From: an uncultured Gammaproteobacteria bacterium
Lineage (GTDB): Bacteria > Patescibacteriota > Patescibacteriia > UBA9934 > GWF2-40-263
Direction of reading: 5' to 3'
Length of the DNA stretch: 64,000 bases
NCBI GenBank assembly: GCA_964538435.1
Contig: CAZIDX010000003.1
Coordinates: 15,948 to 79,947 of the forward strand
Positions 39,302 through 48,332 of the stretch are shown one piece after another. Under the pieces are notes generated by a model that saw only the letters and a program-made list of their open reading frames with translations, searched no databases and was not told the origin of the DNA. The position numbers were made by a program, and so were the translations under genes. Every line of letters begins with the position of its first letter. Position 1 is the first letter of the stretch.

Positions 39302-40981
39302 CTACGAGTGCTCGTTATCCTCCGAAGAAGCTCGCTCGAGCTCGGTCTTGTTCCATTCGGCCCGAGCTACCCAGACCCGACATTCCCACATGCGTTCGCA
39401 TTGGTTCAGTCGATGAAAGATGTTCTCAATGTCCACTGGCCCCTTCCCAGGAACCTTGACATCGATCATGTCGAGTTCGCATGAGATTCCCATCTCTGCC
39501 ATGGCACGCTCGAGCTCGACCTTGCGAACCCCCATCGCGATCATGCGTGCGGAAAGTTCCTCACACATGGCATCGAGCTCCTTGATCTTGTCCTGAGCCT
39601 GATCGAAGTAACGCTTAGCCATGAAGAACCAGTCACGCGCCTTTTCAGCTCGCTGCTTGGCCTCAAAATACCACAGCTGCTCATTCTGACGCTCCCCCTC
39701 ACGAAGAAGCTGCCGCGCGCGAGCGTAGAACTGCATTCCCAGTTCATGAAGCTGCCGCAGCTTTTGGTTAGCATGCCGCTTCTCTGCAGCATCCACGCAC
39801 CTCCGAGCAGCCACTGTGGCATCGAGAAGGACTGCGTACGCAGCACTTGCCTCCCGAAGCTTGTCAGCAGCATCTTGCTTGGCAGTCTCGAGCCCCTTGA
39901 CCTGCTTCCCAAGCCGCTCCACCAGAACCCGCAGATCCTGACAAGCCACCAAGACCTCAGGAAAAAGTGAAGCGCGCCCACCGATCATGTCGAGAACCTT
40001 GTCAGCCGCAGCCACAGCACGCTCCTGGGTCACACGTGGATCATGCATTGGATCCATCTTGATTCCCGCAGGAACTTCGATCGTGTCGTAGATCACATCT
40101 TCTTCTACGAGCTCTGCTGCGTGCAGAAGCTCGTCATAGCGCTCATTGTCGAGTCGCTCCACCTCAACGAGCTCTTCGAGTCGCTTCTCGAGCGCGATCG
40201 GATCCGTCGTGCGCAGCTCATCGAGCTCACGCCAAAACCGATCCTCGTTGGCATCCACACGCAGGAGCGGATGCGAGAACCACCTCAGTGAAATCCTCTT
40301 GCTCTGCGCATTATTGAACATCTCCATGGCCCACTGCCGTGAGTAGAGCTCGCGCACTGGTGTCTCAACCACACGAACAAGCTCTTGCACCCTCTTCCAC
40401 CGAGGACGCGCAAGGTTAAGCGCGTGCGAACTGCCAGAAACGAAAGTCTTTGGCCACACCGCAACACGAAATTCTTCCTTACTCATCAAAAGCTTCTTTG
40501 AACCAAGATGCTCGGTACCGAACACGAACTCCTCGTCCATCTTCCGAAAGGCACGCTGAAGCGAGCCTGGCTTCCACCATCGTGCTTGCTCTGCCAGGCC
40601 GCGACAATGCATGTGCAGCATCCGCATGCCTGCATTCGTGACAAGAACCCGATCGAGCACCTGAGCAGCCTGACGATATACCTCGCTGGTCTCCTTGCCT
40701 AGATCCGCAAGCAAATCTACACCTGCGCGTTCAGAGAACTCAGCCCTGTACACACTCGAAGCAAAGCGAACTTCGCTCTCACGCTTTTTCAGAAGACTCT
40801 CGAACTCTTGCTTGAGCTCAGAGAACCACTTGCGTCGCATGGAGATCAGCAATGCGCCAACCACTGCGAGCACAGAACCGATCATCATTGCAGCAACCCA
40901 GATCGCATCGATCTCGCCCGGATTGGTTGTTTGCGCCGCAGCAGGCGCGATTGCCATCATGGCAAGGATAAAGCTCGTCAT
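39302..40981 (-). CDS. Hypothetical membrane-anchored coiled-coil protein (559 aa)
   Basis: Signal/TM at the N-terminus (AIWVAAMMIGSVLAVVGALLISM), then long predicted alpha-helical coiled-coil region rich in E/R/L/A. EzrA-like architecture but no sequence-level assignment. Confidence 0.45.
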   Translation of the reverse strand: MTSFILAMMAIAPAAAQTTNPGEIDAIWVAAMMIGSVLAVVGALLISMRRKWFSELKQEFESLLKKRESEVRFASSVYRAEFSERAGVDLLADLGKETSEVYRQAAQVLDRVLVTNAGMRMLHMHCRGLAEQARWWKPGSLQRAFRKMDEEFVFGTEHLGSKKLLMSKEEFRVAVWPKTFVSGSSHALNLARPRWKRVQELVRVVETPVRELYSRQWAMEMFNNAQSKRISLRWFSHPLLRVDANEDRFWRELDELRTTDPIALEKRLEELVEVERLDNERYDELLHAAELVEEDVIYDTIEVPAGIKMDPMHDPRVTQERAVAAADKVLDMIGGRASLFPEVLVACQDLRVLVERLGKQVKGLETAKQDAADKLREASAAYAVLLDATVAARRCVDAAEKRHANQKLRQLHELGMQFYARARQLLREGERQNEQLWYFEAKQRAEKARDWFFMAKRYFDQAQDKIKELDAMCEELSARMIAMGVRKVELERAMAEMGISCELDMIDVKVPGKGPVDIENIFHRLNQCERMWECRVWVARAEWNKTELERASSEDNEHS

Positions 40982-41094
40982 GGCTTTCTCACTCGGTTGA
41001 AGAGAACATTTCCTTGAGCACCAAAGTACTCCGGACCAAAAACTTAGCGTTTTAAGCCCTTTTTGTCAATTGAAAAGACGCCCTCGAAAGGACG

Positions 41095-42285
41095 TCAGTA
41101 GCGCCAGGAAGACCGACGCTTGGGCTCGTGGTTGTGCTGGTTCATCACGATCCAGACCGACAGGATCAGGCACCCAAGAGCACTGAGTGCATACGTTAGA
41201 ATGGTGACCCACAGAGGCGGCGAGACCTTCACAAGCGAGAAATCCTCGAACTCCTTACGCTCCCAGTCCTGCTCAACCTGCGAGATCATGTAGTCGACGT
41301 GACGAACCAACTCCAGGCGACCGTACTCATGTGCGTCATCCTCGATATTCCTCTTGAGATCCTCACGCTCGGTCCAGGAAACCACCCGAGACCAAGTCAC
41401 GTTCCCCTGCGAATCGACCCCGATCAGAGAGATGAGTTCGTTCTTGTTCCCACCGCTCAGATACTGCTCTTGCCAGTACCCAGCCTCCTCTGGCTGATTC
41501 CGAAACACCATCACGAACATCCGAACCTGGTGCTTGCGCCCAAGCTTGGCATTCGCCTCACTGAGCTTGAACTCAGCCATGTCCGCATCTGAGCCACTGA
41601 CTCCAAGCACTGACCTCTGCTTGTAGTTCTCGAGAATGGGCGGATAGTCGTAGAGACTGTACCGAGCCTTGACCTCGTCTGTGACCTCTTCCCACTTGAT
41701 CAGATCGTTCTTGCCTTGCACACGATTCTCGTACGCATGCTTGGTGGTGACCGGGACGAATGTCTCGGGATTCTTGTCCCACTGCACATAGTACCGATCA
41801 CCGTCGATCGTATGGAAGTCACGATCCAAATCGATGAACATGGGCTCCCCCCAGAGCTTCACCAACTCATCGAACTGCGCCTTGCTGATCGTGGTCTCGA
41901 TGCCATTGGAATCCGTGACAACCGAATGGACGGGGATATGCTTCACGTCGTACGGATGCTCATCGCCGATGTATTGCTGCGTTGTGCAGCTGTACGTTGA
42001 CCCATCCGCGTTGGTGCATGTCGACGCAACTGTGATGTACTCGGGGTGTTGGCACGGAACACGCTTGTTCCAGGCCTGGTTGTGGGCGCCAGAGACACCC
42101 CAACCGCCCCAGAACTCCCAATCCTGCACACTGACACGCTCAGACGTAAACTTGCCCAGCAGAATGATCGCGAGCACCGGAATGAACGGAAGCAAATACT
42201 CCCAGAACACGGTCCGACGCTGGTACTTGAGATACAGAATGAACGCGCAGGCGATCGGAACCGCAAGAGCTCCCCAAATCTCCAT
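41095..42285 (-). CDS. Hypothetical membrane protein (two N-terminal TM helices, large extracytoplasmic domain, C-terminal TM)
   Basis: 396 aa. Promoter TCTTGACAAAATGAG (minus sense) at about 42351-42360. Confidence 0.45.
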   Translation of the reverse strand: MEIWGALAVPIACAFILYLKYQRRTVFWEYLLPFIPVLAIILLGKFTSERVSVQDWEFWGGWGVSGAHNQAWNKRVPCQHPEYITVASTCTNADGSTYSCTTQQYIGDEHPYDVKHIPVHSVVTDSNGIETTISKAQFDELVKLWGEPMFIDLDRDFHTIDGDRYYVQWDKNPETFVPVTTKHAYENRVQGKNDLIKWEEVTDEVKARYSLYDYPPILENYKQRSVLGVSGSDADMAEFKLSEANAKLGRKHQVRMFVMVFRNQPEEAGYWQEQYLSGGNKNELISLIGVDSQGNVTWSRVVSWTEREDLKRNIEDDAHEYGRLELVRHVDYMISQVEQDWERKEFEDFSLVKVSPPLWVTILTYALSALGCLILSVWIVMNQHNHEPKRRSSWRY

Positions 42286-42371
42286 GATTTCCTCCGGTTT
42301 GCTTTGCTCTCAGTAAAAAAGCCAAGAACAAAACCTATCAGCAGTTACTCATTTTGTCAAGATTTCCAACC

Positions 42372-42402
42372 AAAAAAACCTCACAATGTGAGATTTTTTT
42401 GG
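42372..42402. terminator. Bidirectional intrinsic terminator at the rnpB 3' end
   Basis: aaaaaaaCCTCACAatgTGAGAttttttt. Confidence 0.6.
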
Positions 42403-42822
42403 TGTCCCAGGAAATGTCTGTAAGCCGAATTTTGTCTGCCTGCACCGACTAGTGCAGGGAGATGGCAATCTATCTAGGCCCCCTATTGCTAAAGGGCTCG
42501 AGCGAGCTACCAAATTTGCTCTTACACCAGAGAGGGTTTACCACGCACCCATGTCACCACGGGGCGAAACACGTAGCCAAACCTGACCTCGTGTTACTTT
42601 TCACCTTTCATCCCACCGAAGTGGAATTAGTATAGTCTCTGTGGCACTTTCCCTAGGCTTTGATGCGGCTGGGAAGCGGAATTCCAACCCCTCAACGCGC
42701 ACCTTATACCTGGTCACCGTTAGTGACTCCCCTTTTCGCCCCGCTTTGCAGAGGGACGGGTGTTCGGACTTTCCTCGAACTCCACAAGGGAGCTCGTAGC
42801 CATCCAACATTCCTGAGACGCC
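42400..42822 (-). ncRNA. rnpB: RNase P RNA (bacterial type)
   Basis: Minus strand contains CR-I GAGGAAAGTCCGAAC (RC of 42762-42776) and CR-IV-like ACAAAATTCGGCTTACAG (RC of 42421-42438). P4 pairing AGUCCGAA/UUCGGCUU shows GG->AA compensated by CC->UU relative to E. coli. P1 GTCTCAGGAATG/CATTTCCTGGGAC at the ends. TTGACA-N17-TAAGCT promoter at 42823-42858. Terminator at the 3' end. Confidence 0.7.
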
Positions 42823-42858
42823 AAAAGCTTAACAGAAAAAACCCACTTTGTCAATCCC
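42823..42858 (-). promoter_or_regulatory. Promoter of rnpB (-35 TTGACA, -10 TAAGCT)
   Basis: Minus sense ATTGACAAAGTGGGTTTTTTCTGTTAAGCTTTTGGCGTCTCAGG. Confidence 0.5.
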
Positions 42859-42903
42859 CACACCTCGCCGTCTCCCCTATTTCTCTGCTACAATACGATT
42901 ACT

Positions 42904-44316
42904 ATGAAACGATCAGAACTTGCATTCACACTTGGCCTCGTGCCAATGGATCTCCTTGCGCTTTTTGCGGCTGCAACAGCGGCATTCTACGCACGTTTTC
43001 ACCCAATATTTACCGAGATTCGTCCAATCATCTTTGACCTACGTATCGAAGGATACCTCAAAGTTGTCGTGCCCATGGTGATCCTGTTTATCATTGTGTT
43101 TGCACTCTCAGGCCTCTACACCACACAACGCAAAGCTATTGCAAAAGAACTCACACGAGTTGCTCTTGCCTGCTCTGCTTCCATGGCAATGGTATTTGCT
43201 GTCTCATTCTTCTCGCTTATTCTCTTTGAATCTCGATTCATTGCCTTGGCTGCCTGGGCATTCTCAATCATCTTTGTCTGCATCACCCGCCTCGTTGTGC
43301 GAGGTCTCCAGCGATCTCTGCTCAAGCTCGGAGTTGGTGTACGTCGCGTGGTCATCATCGGAGAAACACCAACAGCAGAAGCGTTAGTAGAAGAATTCAG
43401 AAACAAAAAACGTCTCGGTTTCCATGTTGTCACCCAATTCAAAACATTCAATAAAACCGTTGCGCAGCGTCTCACAAAAATGAAACGCGAAGACAAAGTC
43501 GATGAAATCCTTCTTGCTGACCCAGAACTCCCACGTAAAAAAACCATGGAGATCATCGCTTTCTCAGACACGGTACATCTAAACTTCCGTTTCAGCGCAG
43601 ACCTTTTCACAGCAGCAGTGGGCAGATCCATCATTCACACCTATGCAGGTGTCCCTGTGATCGAGGTGCAAAAAACCCCACTCGATGGCTGGGGAGCAAT
43701 CTACAAACGACTCTTTGATATTTTCGGTAGCCTCTTCCTGATCCTTATCACCTCACCGATCATGATCGCAACCGCAGTCGCAATCAAACTCGACTCAAAG
43801 GGACCAATCTTTTTCTCAAAACTCGACAACGGATCAAAAGCCGTGCGCGTAGGCCAAGGCGGACGCCTGTTTCACTACTTCAAGTTCAGGTCAATGCATC
43901 CCGGCACACACCAGCAGCGCTACAAAAAGCTTGCAAAGCAAGACGCTCGAAAAGGCACACCTCTTGTAAAAATCAAAAACGACCCACGCGTCACCGCTGT
44001 TGGAGGCTTTATCCGTATATTCTCCATTGACGAACTCCCAGAATTCTTCCTAGTCCTTATCGGAAAAATGTCACTTGTAGGTCCACGCCCCCACCTCCCA
44101 GAAGAAGTCCGCAAGTACAAAGACGAACACCGCAAAGTCCTCACCATAAAACCTGGTATCACAGGCATGGCACAAATCTCAGGACGAGCAGACCTAGACT
44201 TCGACGATGAAGTAAAACTCGACGTCTACTACATAGAACACTGGTCCCCCTGGCTAGACCTCTACATCCTACTCAAGACCCCCCTAGTAGTCCTCTTCCG
44301 AAAAGGAGCATACTAA
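42904..44316 (+). CDS. Polyprenyl-phosphate sugar phosphotransferase (bacterial sugar transferase family, WbaP/WcaJ-like). Initiating enzyme of polysaccharide synthesis.
   Basis: Four or five N-terminal TM helices. C-terminal KRLFDIFGSLFLILITSPIMIATAVAIKLDSKGPIFF...FYKFRSM...DELPEF...GKMSLVGPRP conserved motifs. Confidence 0.8.
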   Translation: MKRSELAFTLGLVPMDLLALFAAATAAFYARFHPIFTEIRPIIFDLRIEGYLKVVVPMVILFIIVFALSGLYTTQRKAIAKELTRVALACSASMAMVFAVSFFSLILFESRFIALAAWAFSIIFVCITRLVVRGLQRSLLKLGVGVRRVVIIGETPTAEALVEEFRNKKRLGFHVVTQFKTFNKTVAQRLTKMKREDKVDEILLADPELPRKKTMEIIAFSDTVHLNFRFSADLFTAAVGRSIIHTYAGVPVIEVQKTPLDGWGAIYKRLFDIFGSLFLILITSPIMIATAVAIKLDSKGPIFFSKLDNGSKAVRVGQGGRLFHYFKFRSMHPGTHQQRYKKLAKQDARKGTPLVKIKNDPRVTAVGGFIRIFSIDELPEFFLVLIGKMSLVGPRPHLPEEVRKYKDEHRKVLTIKPGITGMAQISGRADLDFDDEVKLDVYYIEHWSPWLDLYILLKTPLVVLFRKGAY

Positions 44317-44354
44317 AAAAGAAAAAATCGGCCACAGCCGATTTTTGATTTGCC

Positions 44355-44665
44355 CCCCTTCACACAAACAAGAGCGCAGCTGTGGTGTAAATAATTGACA
44401 CAAGGTGGTGGTGCCCCCTGCGATATCGGGCGCCCGGCTCCGCCCGCAGTTGCCCCTACCCCAACCAAGAGCGAAGCTGTGATGCTGAAATAAGTTTCTG
44501 AGGTGGTGGTCGTCTATACTGTGAGACGGCCCGGCTCCGCCCGCAAAAGCACCTTCACACAAACAAGAGCGCAGCTGTGGTGTAAATAATTGACACAAGG
44601 TGGTGGTGCCCCCTGCGATATCGGGCGCCCGGCTCCGCCTTGTGTCAATTATTTACACCACAGCA
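44355..44665 (+). repeat. Cluster of three hairpin-embedded core elements (copies 3-5). Copies 3 and 5 are an about 80-bp direct duplication. Only copy 5 keeps both IR arms.
   Basis: Cores at 44402-44444 (AAGGTGGTGGTGCCCCCTGCGATATCGGGCGCCCGGCTCCGCC), 44500-44541 (GAGGTGGTGGTCGTCTATACTGTGAGACGGCCCGGCTCCGCC) and 44598-44639. Copy-5 flanks gtggtgtaaataattgacacaa / ttgtgtcaattatttacaccac. Confidence 0.8.
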
Positions 44666-44673
44666 AGCGACAT

Positions 44674-44702
44674 TGACAAAACCCCATTTTTTGCCTATTA
44701 TT
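44674..44702 (+). promoter_or_regulatory. Sigma70-like promoter for the glycosyltransferase operon (TTGACA-N17-TATTAT)
   Basis: cattgacaaaaccccattttttgcctattatttc. Confidence 0.5.
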
Positions 44703-44730
44703 TCAAACCTTGTTAGGATTCTCATACAGT

Positions 44731-45825
44731 ATGAAACTAGCGCTTGTACACGACTATTTAATGCAAGACGGAGGTGCAGAAAAGGTGTTGGACGTATTCC
44801 AAGGACTATGGCCAGCAGCCCCAACCTACACCCTGTTTTTTGATCCAAAAAAAGTCCCAACCTTTGCCGGTCGGGATATTCGCACATCATTTTTACAACG
44901 CATCCCCTTTGCCATGCGCAAGTACCAGTGGCTCCTCACACTCATGCCACTTGCAACAGAACGCATGGATGTCATTCCTTACGATGTTGTCCTGTCTTCA
45001 ACCAGCGCATTTGCAAAAGGCATTATCACAAACGAGAACGCAATACACATCTGTTACTGTCACACCCCTACCCGCTACCTGTGGTCTGACACACATAGCT
45101 ACGTTGAGGAACTTCGCGTACCACGCCTTGTCAAAGCCATTCTCCCGCCAGTCCTTTCTCGACTGCGTATGTGGGACAAGCACGCCGCAGACCGCGTAGA
45201 TCTTTTCATTGCAAACTCACAGACCGTAAAAAACCGAATCAAAAAATACTACAGGCGCAACGCAACAGTCATCCACCCCCCCGTCGACACACACAGATTC
45301 TCAATCTCAAACAAACCAAAAGAATACTTCCTCACAGGAGGTCGTCTCGTCGCCTACAAACGCTATGACATGGTTGTGGAGGCCGCAAACAGAACAGGTA
45401 TCCCCCTCAAGATCTTTGGATCAGGACCGATCGAAAAAGACTTGCGAAAAATGGCAAAGTCGAACGTAGAATTTCTCGGTCGCGTAAGTGACAAAGAGCA
45501 AGCCAAACTCTACGCAAACGCAAAAGCCTTTATTCACCCTCAAGAAGAAGACTTTGGAATCACACCCGTTGAATCCATGGCAGCAGGCCGCCCGGTTATT
45601 GCCTACCGAAAAGGCGGCGCAACAGAGACTGTTCAAGAAGGACTCTCGGGTCAATTCATTGACGAACAATCCTGGGAAGAACTTGCAGATCACATGATTC
45701 GATTCGACGAAAAAGATTACTTCCCGCCCGCCATCAAAAACTACGCAGAAAAATTCTCTCGCAAACGCTTCGAGCAAGAAATGCGAGACTTTGTCTCAAA
45801 ACACTTCACAAACCACCGAGAGTAA
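44731..45825 (+). CDS. Glycosyltransferase family 4
   Basis: MKLALVHDYLMQDGGAEKVL N-terminus. C-terminal GT4 E-x7-E-type motif region (FIHPQEEDFGITPVESMAAGRPVIA). Confidence 0.75.
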   Translation: MKLALVHDYLMQDGGAEKVLDVFQGLWPAAPTYTLFFDPKKVPTFAGRDIRTSFLQRIPFAMRKYQWLLTLMPLATERMDVIPYDVVLSSTSAFAKGIITNENAIHICYCHTPTRYLWSDTHSYVEELRVPRLVKAILPPVLSRLRMWDKHAADRVDLFIANSQTVKNRIKKYYRRNATVIHPPVDTHRFSISNKPKEYFLTGGRLVAYKRYDMVVEAANRTGIPLKIFGSGPIEKDLRKMAKSNVEFLGRVSDKEQAKLYANAKAFIHPQEEDFGITPVESMAAGRPVIAYRKGGATETVQEGLSGQFIDEQSWEELADHMIRFDEKDYFPPAIKNYAEKFSRKRFEQEMRDFVSKHFTNHRE

Positions 45826-45919
45826 TCTGTTTATGTGAATACTTTGTGAGGTGGTGGTGCCCCCTGCGATATTGGGCGCCCGGCTCCGACGAATATAGTA
45901 TTTACATAAACAGATTACG
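45822..45919 (+). repeat. Hairpin-embedded conserved-core element, copy 6. Left arm overlaps the GT4 stop codon.
   Basis: Core GAGGTGGTGGTGCCCCCTGCGATATTGGGCGCCCGGCTCCGAC (45848-45890). Flanks gtaatctgtttatgtgaatactttgtg / cgaatatagtatttacataaacagattac. Confidence 0.8.
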
Positions 45920-45928
45920 ATCAATCCT

Positions 45929-47080
45929 ATGCGCATCCTGGTCGACATCAGACATTTAGCACATCCAAATCCTTCGGGCGTGGGAGAATACACCATCGAA
46001 CTTCTCCGCGCTCTTTTTCAGTTGGACACAAAAAACCACTACACCCTCTTTTCAACCGGTCGAAAAAAACCAGATCTCAACAAGCTTTTCCCAAACAAGA
46101 CAGATCGCGTTGAACACAAACATGTTTCAATCCCAAACAAACTTCTCAATGCCCGCATGTCTTCCTTGGGTCACCCAACCATCAACTGGTTAATAAAACA
46201 GGAAATTGACCTAATTTTCCTTCCAAATCTAAACATCGCTCCACTTCCACAAGGCATCCCTGTAGTCATGACAGCACATGACCTATCCTGGAAAATCTTC
46301 CCGGAATTTTTTTCAACAAAGATGCAAGCCTGGCACAAGGCAGCAAAACCAAAAGAGCTTTTCAGACGCGTCGACCATTTTTGTGTCCCATCAACTTGCA
46401 CCAAGCAAGACCTTAATCGACTCTTTAACATCGATCCCGACAGTATTCACGTAATCCCACACGGCGTACACCCACGCTACAACTCAGGTATGCAAGCCCG
46501 GGACCACGGCGTACGCTCTCGCTACAAACTCCCAAAACACTTTGCACTCTTTCTTGGAACACTCGAGCCACGCAAAAACATCGTCGCTCTCATCGAGGGA
46601 GTAAAAGAATATCGTGAAATGACCGGCGATGATCTACATCTTGTTCTTGCAGGAAAATGGGGATGGCGCTCACGAACTATCAAGAAACGTCTTTACAAAC
46701 GCGATGTAAAATCATGGGTGCATCTCGTTGGCTATGTAGAAAAAGAAAATCTTCCTGCCCTGATCAGATCTGCGCAGGTGCTTACCTGGCCATCCATATA
46801 CGAAGGGTTTGGGCTCCCAGTCCTGGAAGCTATGGCTTGCAAAACACCCGTGATCACAACAAACACATCCTCTCTTCCAGAACTTACAAAGGGAGCAGCT
46901 ATTCACATTGACCCTTACAACTCAACAGATATTGCCTGCGCGCTAAAAGGCCTCCTTGGCTCAACCTCGCTCTCAAACAAACTTTCAGAGCAAGGAGAAA
47001 AAGTTGCTCAAACCTACACATGGGAGCAATCAGCACTGCAGACACTCCGCGTTTTTGAAGAGGCAAAAGAAAAACGCTAA
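45929..47080 (+). CDS. Glycosyltransferase (GT1/GT4-like)
   Basis: 383 aa. C-terminal GWPSIYEGFGLPVLEAMACKTPVITT GT-B motif. Confidence 0.7.
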   Translation: MRILVDIRHLAHPNPSGVGEYTIELLRALFQLDTKNHYTLFSTGRKKPDLNKLFPNKTDRVEHKHVSIPNKLLNARMSSLGHPTINWLIKQEIDLIFLPNLNIAPLPQGIPVVMTAHDLSWKIFPEFFSTKMQAWHKAAKPKELFRRVDHFCVPSTCTKQDLNRLFNIDPDSIHVIPHGVHPRYNSGMQARDHGVRSRYKLPKHFALFLGTLEPRKNIVALIEGVKEYREMTGDDLHLVLAGKWGWRSRTIKKRLYKRDVKSWVHLVGYVEKENLPALIRSAQVLTWPSIYEGFGLPVLEAMACKTPVITTNTSSLPELTKGAAIHIDPYNSTDIACALKGLLGSTSLSNKLSEQGEKVAQTYTWEQSALQTLRVFEEAKEKR

Positions 47081-47192
47081 AAATAAAGACTTTTTTTGTG
47101 GATATCCTGGGGACCGAACCAGGATTTTTTGCTATAATTGCAGTAGAAAATCATTGTCAGACAATTGGGGTCATTGGCAATGAAACCTGAGT

Positions 47193-48332
47193 ATGAAGAT
47201 TGGCATCGATTCAAGGATGTACGGTCCAACAGTGGGGGGTGGCGGTCTTGGAAGATACGTCGAGCAGCTTGTGGGAAAGCTACACACACTCGATTCCAAG
47301 AACCGCTATGTTTTGTTTCTCAAAGAAGAAAACTTTGCCGCCCCTCCAAGTGACATTGACAAAGTCTTGGCTGATATTCACTGGTACGGCCTAGCCGAGC
47401 AGCTCAAGCTCCCAAAAATCATTGACGCTCAAAACCTAGACCTTGTTCACTTCCCCCATTGGAATGTCCCCATTGGCATCAAGACTCCATTTGTCGTAAC
47501 CATCCACGACTTAATTCTTCTTGAGCAACCACAATCCGCAAGGATCACAACACGGCACCCACTCATTTACAAAACAAAGTATCAATTGTTCAAGCGCGTA
47601 CTAAAACACGCGCTCACCGCATCAGAAAAAATCATTGCCGTCTCCAACTACACAAAACGATCGATTCAAGCATTCTTTCCAGAAATCCCATCTAGCAAAA
47701 TACAGGTTGTCTACGAAGGAATGACCGACCTAAGACCCGATCACTTCACATCAGAAAGCAACCGCTCAGAGCATCTCAAGCACATTCCTCCGCATGAACG
47801 CTACTTCCTCTACGTTGGAAATGCATACCCGCACAAAAATCTAGAATCGCTCCTACATGCATTCTCCTTCTTTCACAAACTTCACCCAGACATCCATCTC
47901 GTGCTTGCAGGCCGCTCTGATGTTTTCTACCAAAAACTTAAAAAAGAGCTGCAAGAAATCGATATTCCAGAATCCGTGGTCACATTCGTCATGAACCCAA
48001 GCGACCACGAACTCGCCCTGCTCTACCAGCACGCAACCGTTTACTTGTTCCCATCAAAATGCGAAGGATTTGGACTGCCACCACTTGAAGCCATGAGTTT
48101 TGGTGTGCCTGTCCTAGCCTCAAACACAAGCTGCCTCCCAGAAATCCTCGGACAAGCAGCGCTCTACTTCTCCCCTGACGACATCGAAGAGATGGTATGC
48201 GTCATGGAAAAAGTCATCAGCGACGACATGCTCCTGGATGAAATGTCTCGTCGTGGAAAAACACAAATCAAACAATATTCTTGGACCCAGATGGCCAAGG
48301 AAATCCAATCGATCTACGAATCCTGTGCCTAA
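47193..48332 (+). CDS. Glycosyltransferase family 4
   Basis: 379 aa. FPSKCEGFGLPPLEAMSFGVPVLAS motif. Confidence 0.7.
   Translation: MKIGIDSRMYGPTVGGGGLGRYVEQLVGKLHTLDSKNRYVLFLKEENFAAPPSDIDKVLADIHWYGLAEQLKLPKIIDAQNLDLVHFPHWNVPIGIKTPFVVTIHDLILLEQPQSARITTRHPLIYKTKYQLFKRVLKHALTASEKIIAVSNYTKRSIQAFFPEIPSSKIQVVYEGMTDLRPDHFTSESNRSEHLKHIPPHERYFLYVGNAYPHKNLESLLHAFSFFHKLHPDIHLVLAGRSDVFYQKLKKELQEIDIPESVVTFVMNPSDHELALLYQHATVYLFPSKCEGFGLPPLEAMSFGVPVLASNTSCLPEILGQAALYFSPDDIEEMVCVMEKVISDDMLLDEMSRRGKTQIKQYSWTQMAKEIQSIYESCA

Noticed and set aside
39302-40981. Assignment of the 559-aa coiled-coil membrane protein as EzrA
   Set aside because: Only the architecture (N-terminal TM + about 500-aa coiled coil, similar length) matches. 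No sequence-level similarity can be seen by eye, so it is left as hypothetical.
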